Virus record (IMG/VR): IMGVR_UViG_3300042453_005981
Length of the DNA stretch: 64,000 bases
Origin: an uncultured virus (IMG/VR IMGVR_UViG_3300042453_005981)
Taxonomy: Duplodnaviria > Heunggongvirae > Uroviricota > Caudoviricetes
Reading direction: 5' to 3' (one strand)
The position numbers and the translations under genes are program-made. Of this stretch, positions 38,977 through 49,754 are shown piece by piece (positions within the stretch are counted from its first letter, which is position 1; every line of letters starts with the position of its first letter). The notes beneath the pieces are model-generated. The model saw only the letters and a list, made by a program, of their open reading frames with translations, was not told the origin of the DNA and searched no databases.

Positions 38977-39178
38977 AATTTTTAATTTTATTCTTAGATT
39001 GTGTTTTAATGTTTTTACCCATGTCTTCATTTGGAATTGTATCAACTACTTCAATCCCTTCTATTTTGTCTAAAAAAGCCATAAGCTCTAAACATTCAGA
39101 ACCAGATGTTCCCTTTGGTGTAACGAGAATTTTACCCTTTTCATCAATCTCAATAACTAATTCCACTTTCTTGCTCAT
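38960..39178 (-). CDS. DUF2997-family protein
   Basis: IEIDEKGKI....G.SG.EC. Confidence 0.7.
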   Translation of the reverse strand: MSKKVELVIEIDEKGKILVTPKGTSGSECLELMAFLDKIEGIEVVDTIPNEDMGKNIKTQSKNKIKNSNQGK

Positions 39179-39573
39179 ATGATTTTACCTGCTGTAATTG
39201 TAATTGATTTGTCTGTATTTTTTACTTCAGCGCTGACAGTAAATTTATTCTTTTTTAATGCTGATTTGATTGCTGTCAAAGCGTAAGATTGTGTAACTTT
39301 ATCTGCCACACCTTTGTGAGAATCATAATCAGAACAAATCATAATATATTCTTTAGAACTATCATCAAAAGAAAATCCTAAATCATTTGAAGCTAAAGAA
39401 ATTTGTTTTCGTGGAACAATGATTTCAGCTTTTTCTTCTCTTGTGTCGTTCATGTAACCTTGAAGATTATGTTTTTCTTTATAAACTACAGGTTCATAAC
39501 CTAAACTCTTTAAGCTCTCAATGAGAGTGGAGTGATCTTTGAATGAACATTTAATTGTTTTATATGCTGACAT
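39175..39573 (-). CDS. DUF1257 (Ycf35-like) protein
   Basis: MSAY.TI....KD...L..SL..LGY, L.GY, AEIIV, NDLGF, Y....SDYD, Q.YA. Confidence 0.8.
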   Translation of the reverse strand: MSAYKTIKCSFKDHSTLIESLKSLGYEPVVYKEKHNLQGYMNDTREEKAEIIVPRKQISLASNDLGFSFDDSSKEYIMICSDYDSHKGVADKVTQSYALTAIKSALKKNKFTVSAEVKNTDKSITITAGKII

Positions 39574-39892
39574 CTTTTACTTCCATATATTCATAACTAG
39601 GCAACAATTCTCTGAACAATCTAGAACAGACAGGACAAAGCCAACAATTAATTGCAACTTCACCTGGTACAGAAGAATGTTCTTTATATTTTTCATTGTA
39701 ATTGATGAGATTTCCTGCTGGAATTGTATATCCAGATTGTGTTGAAGTAGGTGTTACCATGTAACATGCTTTACAACCTAAAACAACAGGATACTTATCT
39801 TCAACAATGAGAACGAAATTATCTGTAAGTACAAATTTTTGTTTTAAAGATTTTAATTCTTTAATTTTAAGTTCAAATAGATAATTTTCCAT
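39560..39892 (-). CDS. hypothetical protein with two CxxC pairs
   Basis: CKAC and CPVC. Confidence 0.6.
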   Translation of the reverse strand: MENYLFELKIKELKSLKQKFVLTDNFVLIVEDKYPVVLGCKACYMVTPTSTQSGYTIPAGNLINYNEKYKEHSSVPGEVAINCWLCPVCSRLFRELLPSYEYMEVKDVSI

Positions 39893-40040
39893 TGTGTTTT
39901 GAAAAGATTATTCTTTACGCTTTTTTCCCATTTCGAAACGTGAATAATCTTTCTTCTTAATTCTACTTCAATTTCATTTAAAAAGTTTCCTTAATTATAA
40001 TTAATCTAGATTAATATATATGTATATATATTTTCCCTTC

Positions 40041-40355
40041 TTAGTAAAGGTCATTTTTTTCATACACATAGAGATTAATTTCTTCTGTTAAGATTGTGTG
40101 CGTGGGATTTTCTTCGGGAAACAATATTGGCGACACAAATGGTTTTTGTGTGACGATGTTTGAAAATTTTAACACACAATTCGTATCGTCTCCATTTTTG
40201 AATTTTTCATAAACATCCAAGAATTTTTTATCTATTCTTACCTTTGAGCCAAAAACAAAATGTTTTTTTGCCCCTCCATATAGCTCATTTAAAATGTCGC
40301 AACCTTCTTCTAGCGTTAAAATTTGTTTTAATTTCCATTTATCAAAAACATTCAT
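40041..40355 (-). CDS. hypothetical protein
   Basis: 104-aa ORF divergent from groEL. Confidence 0.6.
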   Translation of the reverse strand: MNVFDKWKLKQILTLEEGCDILNELYGGAKKHFVFGSKVRIDKKFLDVYEKFKNGDDTNCVLKFSNIVTQKPFVSPILFPEENPTHTILTEEINLYVYEKNDLY

Positions 40356-40360
40356 AAAAA

Positions 40361-40374
40361 ATTTTGTACAAAAT
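40361..40374. promoter_or_regulatory. palindromic bidirectional -10 element
   Basis: ATTTTGTACAAAAT; ATGs at 40355(-) and 40380(+) both 12.5 nt from centre. Confidence 0.75.
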
Positions 40375-40376
40375 AA

Positions 40377-41999
<1,623 letters not shown>

Positions 42000-42013
42000 C
42001 GTATATTAATGAT

Positions 42014-42550
42014 ATGAAAGTTAAAATGGGCAACAAAATATCTACTCTAAGCAAAGATGTAGTTGCATGTCACATGGCAAATTTCTTAAGCACAAGAGCG
42101 ATTGTCTTGGGTAAAGAAAAAATATTTAAAGTTGCCTTCAATAAATACAAACAGTTATGTTCATTATTTTTGAGAGAAAATAAAAAGTTTGTTTATGAAT
42201 TTGGCGATGACAAATGGTTAGAAAAATTTATTGCTTTTCAATCAAAACAGCATGAATTAGCTTTACAAGAAATTTATTTCAAGTTCAGTGATGGTTCAGA
42301 ATGGACTATCTTTTTACATGATATAGCTAATTTGAAAATGCTTTATGAGCCAGAAGAAAAACATGATAAATTTAAGTTATTAGAAAAACCTGTTGAGTTA
42401 GCAGATTGGGCGCAAAACAAGCTTACATGGGAACAAGTAAAAGATTTTTCTGTTTTGAGAAAAATTTCTGGTAACGAATCATCGTATATACACGAGTGGG
42501 CAGATGTAAAAAAACAAGTTCTGCAATATAAGTATGAAGCTGAAGACTGA
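42014..42550 (+). CDS. hypothetical protein
   Basis: 178-aa ORF; GTATATT 6 nt upstream. Confidence 0.65.
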   Translation: MKVKMGNKISTLSKDVVACHMANFLSTRAIVLGKEKIFKVAFNKYKQLCSLFLRENKKFVYEFGDDKWLEKFIAFQSKQHELALQEIYFKFSDGSEWTIFLHDIANLKMLYEPEEKHDKFKLLEKPVELADWAQNKLTWEQVKDFSVLRKISGNESSYIHEWADVKKQVLQYKYEAED

Positions 42551-43112
42551 TCTTTTAAATCCAAAAAACTTCAATCGCACACAATCTGAGCTTGAAGAAT
42601 TTCTTTTATTATGCATATTTGTTGCAGGCAAAAGTAGTAAAACACAATACAAAAAATTAGAATTATTTTTAGACGAACTAGATACTACTAATGGAATTTT
42701 TGATGCTTTATCTAAACTTTCTATTGATGAAATCAAGCAAAAATTAATTAAAGTAAAAGCTGGGCAATATAGCAGATTGTGTGGTTGTTTGTTTATTTTG
42801 TCTAGAAAAAATTTAGATCTTCAAACATGCACATGTGAAGAATTAGAATCAATCCCAGGCATAGGAATGAAAACCTCAAGGTTTTTTATCACTTATTCAA
42901 GGTTAACAAATAGTTATGCTATTTTAGACACCCACATTCTGGCTTGGTTAAAAAACATTTACCCAGATGCTCCAAAAGCCACACCTTCAAATAAAAAAGA
43001 ATATTTGAAGTATGAAAAATTTTTTCTTTCTGAGTGTTTAAAGAGAAATTTACCTCCGCATGAGTTAGATTTACAAATTTGGAAAGAAAGGCAAAAATCA
43101 TGGAAAGTTTAG
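42534..43112 (+). CDS. HhH-GPD DNA glycosylase, Ogg (8-oxoguanine) type
   Basis: IPGIGMKTSRFF, AILDTHIL, Y..YE, LDLQIW. Confidence 0.75.
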   Translation: MKLKTDLLNPKNFNRTQSELEEFLLLCIFVAGKSSKTQYKKLELFLDELDTTNGIFDALSKLSIDEIKQKLIKVKAGQYSRLCGCLFILSRKNLDLQTCTCEELESIPGIGMKTSRFFITYSRLTNSYAILDTHILAWLKNIYPDAPKATPSNKKEYLKYEKFFLSECLKRNLPPHELDLQIWKERQKSWKV

Positions 43113-43450
43113 GACAACATATTTTATTAGACCTTTATGGTTGCCAGAACACAAATCAGCCTTGGGTTGAATTAAGAGAAATGTTCATGAATGGGTTAAC
43201 GAAAGGTAATTTCACGGTATTGAATGACCACCATCATCAATTTGAACCTCATGGCATCAGTGGGGTTTTCATTTTAGCAGAAAGCCATTTAAGTTTTCAT
43301 ATTTGGACTGAGCTTCAGTTTGTGTCTTTGGATATTTACTGGTGTGGCAATTCATGTGATGAACAAAAACTAGTCAATAGGATTAGTGAATTTTTTGAAC
43401 CAGAGGCTATAGAATATAAATTTATTGAGCGCGGAATTTTTTCAGAATAG
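43100..43450 (+). CDS. speD: S-adenosylmethionine decarboxylase proenzyme
   Basis: GQHILLDLYGC, HQFEPHGISG, LAESHLSFH (pyruvoyl cleavage E/S), DIYWCG. Confidence 0.92.
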   Translation: MESLGQHILLDLYGCQNTNQPWVELREMFMNGLTKGNFTVLNDHHHQFEPHGISGVFILAESHLSFHIWTELQFVSLDIYWCGNSCDEQKLVNRISEFFEPEAIEYKFIERGIFSE

Positions 43451-43481
43451 GTTTTTTTAATCTAATCTTGAAAAATAAAGT

Positions 43482-44567
43482 ATGATTCAACAAAATTTGA
43501 ACGCCAAAATTATAAAACAGGTGTTTTACAATGCTTCATTGCAACCAGCACAAGCAAGCACCATTGTTTTAACAGTTGAAAACTGCCATGTAAACGCTTT
43601 TGTTGAAGAGATCAACATTACTTTTGTCTCTGCAGACACAACCGCGAGTAGCATCACTTGCACATTGTTGGATAGAGGAAATGGTTACACTGGGCAAATT
43701 AATGGTTTTAACCCAATAACTTATACTCAAATAGGCTTGACAACAGCAGGCACAAATCAAAATTTAATTATTAATCCCGCAAACACACAAGTTAATGTTA
43801 TGGTTAATGAGTCTGTACAGGACTCTGAAGGAATTGGAAACATTTATGTTCGTTTATCTAAACCTGCAGGTTTATTTAATGTAAGTTTTACTTTAGCTGT
43901 TACTTACAGACCTGAAATCACTTACAACATGAAACTGAACAATAGAAATCAGATTTCATCAGATAGACCACAGAGAGTGCTTTCTCAAACAGGAATTTTA
44001 ACTTATGGTGATTTATCTACTGTAATGGTAGAGCAAACAAATTTCCAAGCAGATTATTTCAACCCAAGAAATAATGTTGATACCGCCACTTATGGCTTTG
44101 ATGTCAATTCTACAAATCCAATTTTTTATTTTGGAACTCCATTCAAAACAAAAAGATGGTTTTTAGGATTTTCAAGTGATTGTACCCCTAATATAGGCGT
44201 AGTTACATTTTCTTACTTTAACGGCGCTAATTTTGTTGCTCTAGCTTCGACTCAAGCGGCTATTGGATGTCAAGGTCCAGGAACATATAGATTTGCATAT
44301 GATGGAGTTAATATATTTACACCTCCAGCAAACTGGTCAGCTGTTAAAATGGATAATGATCCAAGAACAAAATACAATAATGTTATAATTGGTCTAGGGA
44401 CTTTAGCCACAAATTCTACAATTAATAATCCTAATATGTATTGGATTCAATGTCAAGTTGGGTTTGCCACAAATGATCCAGCAGTAAACCAAACAATAAA
44501 AATTTCTTCTATATGTCCTTTGATTGACCCAGACTTACCTTTAACAGTAAGAAGAAGGTTAATTTAG
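43482..44567 (+). CDS. putative virion structural protein
   Basis: T/N-rich beta protein, FSYFNG, FTPPANW, YWIQ; class B motif (AGG 43449). Confidence 0.55.
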   Translation: MIQQNLNAKIIKQVFYNASLQPAQASTIVLTVENCHVNAFVEEINITFVSADTTASSITCTLLDRGNGYTGQINGFNPITYTQIGLTTAGTNQNLIINPANTQVNVMVNESVQDSEGIGNIYVRLSKPAGLFNVSFTLAVTYRPEITYNMKLNNRNQISSDRPQRVLSQTGILTYGDLSTVMVEQTNFQADYFNPRNNVDTATYGFDVNSTNPIFYFGTPFKTKRWFLGFSSDCTPNIGVVTFSYFNGANFVALASTQAAIGCQGPGTYRFAYDGVNIFTPPANWSAVKMDNDPRTKYNNVIIGLGTLATNSTINNPNMYWIQCQVGFATNDPAVNQTIKISSICPLIDPDLPLTVRRRLI

Positions 44568-44586
44568 GAATGTTTTAGAAATATAT

Positions 44587-44612
44587 AAAGAGCCCAAAAA
44601 GGTGGGCTCTTT
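44587..44612 (+). promoter_or_regulatory. stem-loop (5' leader hairpin or terminator) just before AAGGAG SD
   Basis: AAAGAGCCCA-aaaagg-TGGGCTCTTT. Confidence 0.7.
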
Positions 44613-44627
44613 AAAGGAGAAAAACTT

Positions 44628-45692
44628 ATGCCAAAATACCCATCAGGATACTATGGAGTCTCTACAGGCTCAACATATAATAACGTTGTTACTCGAAGGC
44701 TTGCAATCAAAGACAGAGTTGCTTTTGCACAATCTTCTCGATTCGGTGGTCAATGGATCGAACCAAAAGGCGCACCAGTGCCTTACAATGGCACTATCAT
44801 TGACGCTGTTGGAGCTATTCAACAGCTCGTTAACGAACTTAATTTGATTTCGCCAATTCTTCCAGATTTAGGCGAACCAGTCATTCTTAGCCAAGTTGGT
44901 TTGGCAACTAACATTCTTAGGAATAATGTTGGTGTTGCTGTTTCCTTCATTGGTGATATGCAAGGCACAATTGGTACTGCTTTGAACATTGATGGTGTTG
45001 GTATTGGCACAAACACACGTGTATTGTTCTACGGTCTTACTACAGCAGCATTAAATGGTGTTTATAATGTAAACTACAATAACCCTAACGTGTTGGCAAC
45101 TGGTATCACAACTCTTAACGTGCCACTTTACACATTCTCAAGAGCTCAAGATCTTAGATTTTGGTGGCAGTTCTGCAAACCAAAAGCTTTTGTCGTTGCT
45201 GGCGGAACAAACAACAGAGGTAGCGTATTCTCACTACAATCAGATGCTTGGGAATTAGGTAATGCTTTTGCTATTGCAACTGGTACAGCTGTTACACAGA
45301 TTGCTGGTACATCAATTACATTCACTGCTACTAACTACAGTCCAAATTCGCCATCTGGTGTGAATGCTGCTATACTTGGTACAGTTGGTGCTGGTAATAC
45401 TTCGGTTATTTCTCCAGCGTACAACCCATCTCTCAACCAAAACACAGGTGAGTATGACTTCTTATCACAAGCTTCTATGGCTAAATTTATCCACTTGAAG
45501 AACAGAGCACGAAGACTTGCTTATCATGTATTCAAACTCAGAGAAAATTATACTCCATTTGTTTCTCAGTACCAAAACAATGTTATTACAGCAATTGGTG
45601 CAGGAAACACAGACAACAACATCGGATTCTCGATCGGAAACGACTTGCCAGCACAAGGACGTTACCCTTCTGGATTCAACCGAGGCTTCTAA
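44628..45692 (+). CDS. probable abundant virion protein
   Basis: strong SD, visibly more AAC/TTC/TAC codons, IDGV...RVL...NGVY motif, own terminator. Confidence 0.65.
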   Translation: MPKYPSGYYGVSTGSTYNNVVTRRLAIKDRVAFAQSSRFGGQWIEPKGAPVPYNGTIIDAVGAIQQLVNELNLISPILPDLGEPVILSQVGLATNILRNNVGVAVSFIGDMQGTIGTALNIDGVGIGTNTRVLFYGLTTAALNGVYNVNYNNPNVLATGITTLNVPLYTFSRAQDLRFWWQFCKPKAFVVAGGTNNRGSVFSLQSDAWELGNAFAIATGTAVTQIAGTSITFTATNYSPNSPSGVNAAILGTVGAGNTSVISPAYNPSLNQNTGEYDFLSQASMAKFIHLKNRARRLAYHVFKLRENYTPFVSQYQNNVITAIGAGNTDNNIGFSIGNDLPAQGRYPSGFNRGF

Positions 45693-45710
45693 ACCACCTC
45701 ATATCACACA

Positions 45711-45740
45711 AAAAAGACCAGCTATGCTGGTCTTTTTTTT
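45711..45740. terminator. bidirectional Rho-independent terminator
   Basis: AAAAAGACCAGC-tat-GCTGGTCTTTTTTTT between convergent genes. Confidence 0.85.
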
Positions 45741-45753
45741 ATATTTTATTAAT

Positions 45754-46632
45754 TTATTTTACTTCAAAAGAACTAATATCAATTGGAGGAAGGACAAATT
45801 CTCCATACTCTTCTGTTATAGCTGCCACTACCCATGCATCCTCAGATTTTGAAAATCCACGCACATCCATTCCAGATTGTAAACAAATTCTTTGTGCTAA
45901 ATAAATTGGTGCAGCATAATAATTTTCGGTTTGTGCAAAATATACTAATCTGTCAAATAATTTATTTGTAGCTTTTTCATCTAAATAGTCATTTATTTCT
46001 TCATCAAAATCAGGCAAATCATCAATTGATTCAAATACTGCCCAGGCTTGCGGAAGTAAAAGTGCTTTTGAAAAATCCCGTTGTGCATCTTTTGCTAAAG
46101 CGTAAACAGAATTAGAAACAATTGCAATTCTTTCATCTTGCGAAATATAGTCTTTTACTTCTATTAAATTTGTTTCAGTGAGTTTTTTGTAATTTTCAAG
46201 CATCTCATTCAATTTTAAATTACAAAAACTAGTTTGTTTTTCTTCAGCTGCGCTTGAGAGTTCATAAAATGTATTCATTTCTTGATCAAGCGTGTCTAAC
46301 CAATAATGACAATCTTCAACGCTTGTCACATAATATGATGAGTGCCATGTATTTGGACAAGTAACACCTAATAGATCATCTTCTGAAATCTCAATAGTGA
46401 AGAAGCCATATATAGGATTTTCTAAATTTACAAACAGTTTACAAATCAAATCACCATTAGAGTCAGAAATATCAGTGGGCAAAATTTGAAAAGGCAGTGT
46501 TTTTGATGGATCAATAAATCCATATTCTAATATTTTCTTGGCTAAATCTTGTGCAACTAGCACTTTATTTAAATTATTTGAGATCCAACTTTCAATTACT
46601 TTTTGTAAAATTAATGTTTCTTTAGCTTCCAT
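45754..46632 (-). CDS. hypothetical acidic protein
   Basis: ATG 46632 with GTATAAT 7 nt upstream. Confidence 0.65.
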   Translation of the reverse strand: MEAKETLILQKVIESWISNNLNKVLVAQDLAKKILEYGFIDPSKTLPFQILPTDISDSNGDLICKLFVNLENPIYGFFTIEISEDDLLGVTCPNTWHSSYYVTSVEDCHYWLDTLDQEMNTFYELSSAAEEKQTSFCNLKLNEMLENYKKLTETNLIEVKDYISQDERIAIVSNSVYALAKDAQRDFSKALLLPQAWAVFESIDDLPDFDEEINDYLDEKATNKLFDRLVYFAQTENYYAAPIYLAQRICLQSGMDVRGFSKSEDAWVVAAITEEYGEFVLPPIDISSFEVK

Positions 46633-46648
46633 CTTACTAATTATACAA

Positions 46649-46948
46649 TTAATTTTCAATTATATAAGTTACATTGATTTTTGAGAGAGCATCACCTATC
46701 TTATGACAATGTGTTTTTGCACCTCTATAAACTACAGCACTGCCTTTTGTATGTATTTCAAAAGCTTTATCATATGCTTCTTGATCAGACATTGGAACTA
46801 CATTTTTGAATACATAAAAAACTAATTGGAAGGGAGTGGTATCATTATTATAAACAATAATTTGATAACCGTCATCTAATGAAAAAATATCATCAATTAA
46901 TGATTTTGAAACTTGTATTTCTTCAGCAATATTAGAATTAACACTCAC
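46649..46948 (-). CDS. clpS: ClpS N-degron adaptor
   Basis: Y.IIVYNNDTTPF..V, A....FEIH.KG.AVV; GTAGAAT 6 nt upstream of GTG. Confidence 0.85.
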   Translation of the reverse strand: MSVNSNIAEEIQVSKSLIDDIFSLDDGYQIIVYNNDTTPFQLVFYVFKNVVPMSDQEAYDKAFEIHTKGSAVVYRGAKTHCHKIGDALSKINVTYIIEN

Positions 46949-46976
46949 AATATAATTCTACGATTCAAAATTAATT

Positions 46977-47615
46977 TTATTCAGCTCTTCTGACCATTTC
47001 GCCAGCATTATCATTAATTTCTTCCGTTAATTCTTCTTCAAAATCTTTATCTGTAAGAATTCCTTCAGTCTGTCCCATCATCAAATCATAATTTTCTAAT
47101 TCTTTTTCATATTCTTCTCTATTTTTAAAATAATAAGATATTAGATTTTCTGGGTTCAAAGGCTCTTTTTTTTCTTTTTTAAAATCGTCTACAACATGAT
47201 CAACTAAAAAATTTATAAAAGTTTCTCTCAAGTCAGTGAAGAATTTTTCTTTGTCTTCATTATCTTCAGAATTTTCTTCATCTGATTCTTTGTTCATCCA
47301 CAACACATACTCATGGAAGTCAGTGTCTTGTTTATCAATTTTTTTATCAGGGCAATTATCTTCAAGTTTCTGATTTATTTCTTCTAAATCAGATTGTGTA
47401 ACATTATTTTTTTTGAATTTTTCAAAATACTCTTTAGTGTCAACACCAGCTTTTTCAAGCATAAGAAGTTTGGTTGGGATTTCTGAGTCTATCGTGGAAG
47501 ATTTCAATGCTTTTGATTTTGAAAATTCAATCAAATAATTAGCTATTGAATCTGCTTGATTAAATTTTTTCTCATCATCTAATTTATTAGCTAATTTAAT
47601 TAATTCTGTTACCAC
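46977..47615 (-). CDS. acidic hypothetical protein with N-terminal LIKLANKLD...QAD motif
   Basis: 212-aa ORF; class B motif (AGG 47649). Confidence 0.65.
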   Translation of the reverse strand: MVTELIKLANKLDDEKKFNQADSIANYLIEFSKSKALKSSTIDSEIPTKLLMLEKAGVDTKEYFEKFKKNNVTQSDLEEINQKLEDNCPDKKIDKQDTDFHEYVLWMNKESDEENSEDNEDKEKFFTDLRETFINFLVDHVVDDFKKEKKEPLNPENLISYYFKNREEYEKELENYDLMMGQTEGILTDKDFEEELTEEINDNAGEMVRRAE

Positions 47616-47649
47616 ATTTAATATTTCATTGCCACTGTATAATATTCCT

Positions 47650-48081
47650 ATGAAACTGATTTCGCATAGAGGTAACTTAATAGGAGCAAAGACATGTTTG
47701 GAAAATCACCCAGATTCCATAAAACATGCATTAGAAAAAGGATTTGATTGTGAAATAGACGTATGGAAAAAACAAAACAAATTTTACTTAGGTCATGATT
47801 TTGCCCAATATCAAATTGATAGAGAATTCTTATTACAAGATAAACTATGGATACATTGTAAAAATTTACAAGCATTAGTGGATTTGAAATCTGAAGCGAA
47901 TGTTTTTTTCCACAATATAGACAGTTATACGCTTACATCTAAAGGCTATGTGTGGGCGTATCCAGGCTCAGAAGTTATAGAAGATTGTGTAAGAGTGCAG
48001 TTTGGTGTAGAAGATATTCCAGAAAATATTTATGGTATATGCTCAGATTGTGTTGAAGAGTATGCAAAATTAATCAACTAA
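47650..48081 (+). CDS. glycerophosphodiester phosphodiesterase-like (PLC-like TIM) protein
   Basis: ISHRGN, EN.P, GFDCEID, LGHD, HCKN; GTATAAT 6 nt upstream of ATG 47650. Confidence 0.8.
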   Translation: MKLISHRGNLIGAKTCLENHPDSIKHALEKGFDCEIDVWKKQNKFYLGHDFAQYQIDREFLLQDKLWIHCKNLQALVDLKSEANVFFHNIDSYTLTSKGYVWAYPGSEVIEDCVRVQFGVEDIPENIYGICSDCVEEYAKLIN

Positions 48082-48393
48082 ATATTTATCGTTTTTAGAT
48101 GAAGGTATTTTAACAACACAAGTGACACAATCTTCTAATGCTTCAAAATCAGTGGATTCACCTTTATTTATTTGAATAATGTCATTTGCTTGATAAATTG
48201 TGTCGTTCATTCTAGCTGAACCTGAAACAATTACTGTAATTTCATCTGATAGCAAATGATAATGCTTATGGTCATAATCACCTTTTGTGTATCTTTTAAT
48301 GCACACTTCAAAATTTTGTGATTTTTCAATTGAAGGATTGAAGTCACCAACAAACCAACCACCAACAAAATCTTGCAAATTGTATTTTATCAT
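48070..48393 (-). CDS. cupin-domain protein
   Basis: GGWFVGDF.P, HYH...EITVIVSG. Confidence 0.75.
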   Translation of the reverse strand: MIKYNLQDFVGGWFVGDFNPSIEKSQNFEVCIKRYTKGDYDHKHYHLLSDEITVIVSGSARMNDTIYQANDIIQINKGESTDFEALEDCVTCVVKIPSSKNDKYLVD

Positions 48394-49754
48394 TTTTTTG
48401 TAGACAAGAAATAATTTAAATCTTCAGGAGTACCAATTCCCCACATTTCATCAACATTAAAAATTCCAATCTTTTTATCTTCTGCAATTGCTTCATTAAA
48501 AACAGGACAAATGTAAAATTCATTGTTTACTCTAATATCTTTTTCAATCATTTTTTCTGCATACTTAACAAAATCAGATCCTTTTAACCACCAATAAATT
48601 CCTACTGTTGCAATATTGCTTATTGGTTTCTTTTCAGCCACTTCTGTGACAAAACCTTCATTATCTATTTTGACAAAACTCCATTTTGGATGAGTTGCTT
48701 CAAAAGTTAAAATTGAGCCATCGAAATTATTATTTATGTTGTTCTTCATGAACTCAAACGCATCCCATTCAATATATTGGTCAGAATTTGCCATTAGAAT
48801 AGGATTATCGTTATCAATAAATTCTTTTGCAAGTAACACTGTACATGCCGATCCTTCTGTTAAGCCGTCAGTGGTTATTACTTCACATCCAGGAGCAATT
48901 TGATTCAAAAATTCTTTTAAAGAGTACTTTGCTATGTGTTCTTTTCTCACGATAAAGATATATTTAGCTTCAATATTTAGTGTTTCTAAAACTAATTGTA
49001 TCATTGGCTTCCCTTTTACTTCAATCAAAGGCTTAGGGAAGGTGTAGCCTGCCACTTCAAATCTTGATCCAGCTCCAGCCATAGGAATTACTACTGTAAG
49101 CTTAGAATTTTTATATTTTTGTTTTAATGATTTTATCACCAAGTTATCTAAATGATCCTTGATTTTTTCAAGCGTCACTTCTTTTGCATTTACCACTCTT
49201 AGCACTTCTGCATTTGTTGAAATGGCAGATTCATATCCAACCTTTGAATCTTCAATTATCAATGTGTTTGATGGATTACAATTGAGATCAATCATTGTTT
49301 TCAAATATATTTCAGCAGAAGGCTTAGGGTTATTTACATTTTCATTTGATAAAATTAAATCAAAATATTCCAAAATCTGCATTTTTTCAAGAATGCTTTC
49401 AACGGTGCGGTGAATTGCATTTGAGGCACATGCTATTTTGTAACCTTCGTTTTTTAAAAATCTCAAAAGCTCAATCTTAGTTTCATCCACGCATATTTTT
49501 TCTCTGATAAAGTCAAATGTATAATCTTGTTTTTTATTCCAGATATTTTGTTTTGTCGTAGATTCTAAGTTATCTCTTTCACCAAGAATTTTTAATTTTG
49601 TCTTAGTGCTTCTTCCATTGAAGTCCAAATCATGTTCTTTTTTAGTTATTGAAATATTTGTAAAGTCATAATAAGCTTGTGCAAAAGTTTCAAAATGCAT
49701 ATCAGGCGTATCTACTAAAACACCATCCAAATCAAAAATCACAAGTTTTATCAT
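48390..49754 (-). CDS. HAD phosphatase / sugar nucleotidyltransferase fusion
   Basis: FDLDGVL, KPS, IEDS; IPMAGAGSRF..PKPLI, NSDQ, GTPEDL. Confidence 0.88.
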   Translation of the reverse strand: MIKLVIFDLDGVLVDTPDMHFETFAQAYYDFTNISITKKEHDLDFNGRSTKTKLKILGERDNLESTTKQNIWNKKQDYTFDFIREKICVDETKIELLRFLKNEGYKIACASNAIHRTVESILEKMQILEYFDLILSNENVNNPKPSAEIYLKTMIDLNCNPSNTLIIEDSKVGYESAISTNAEVLRVVNAKEVTLEKIKDHLDNLVIKSLKQKYKNSKLTVVIPMAGAGSRFEVAGYTFPKPLIEVKGKPMIQLVLETLNIEAKYIFIVRKEHIAKYSLKEFLNQIAPGCEVITTDGLTEGSACTVLLAKEFIDNDNPILMANSDQYIEWDAFEFMKNNINNNFDGSILTFEATHPKWSFVKIDNEGFVTEVAEKKPISNIATVGIYWWLKGSDFVKYAEKMIEKDIRVNNEFYICPVFNEAIAEDKKIGIFNVDEMWGIGTPEDLNYFLSTKK

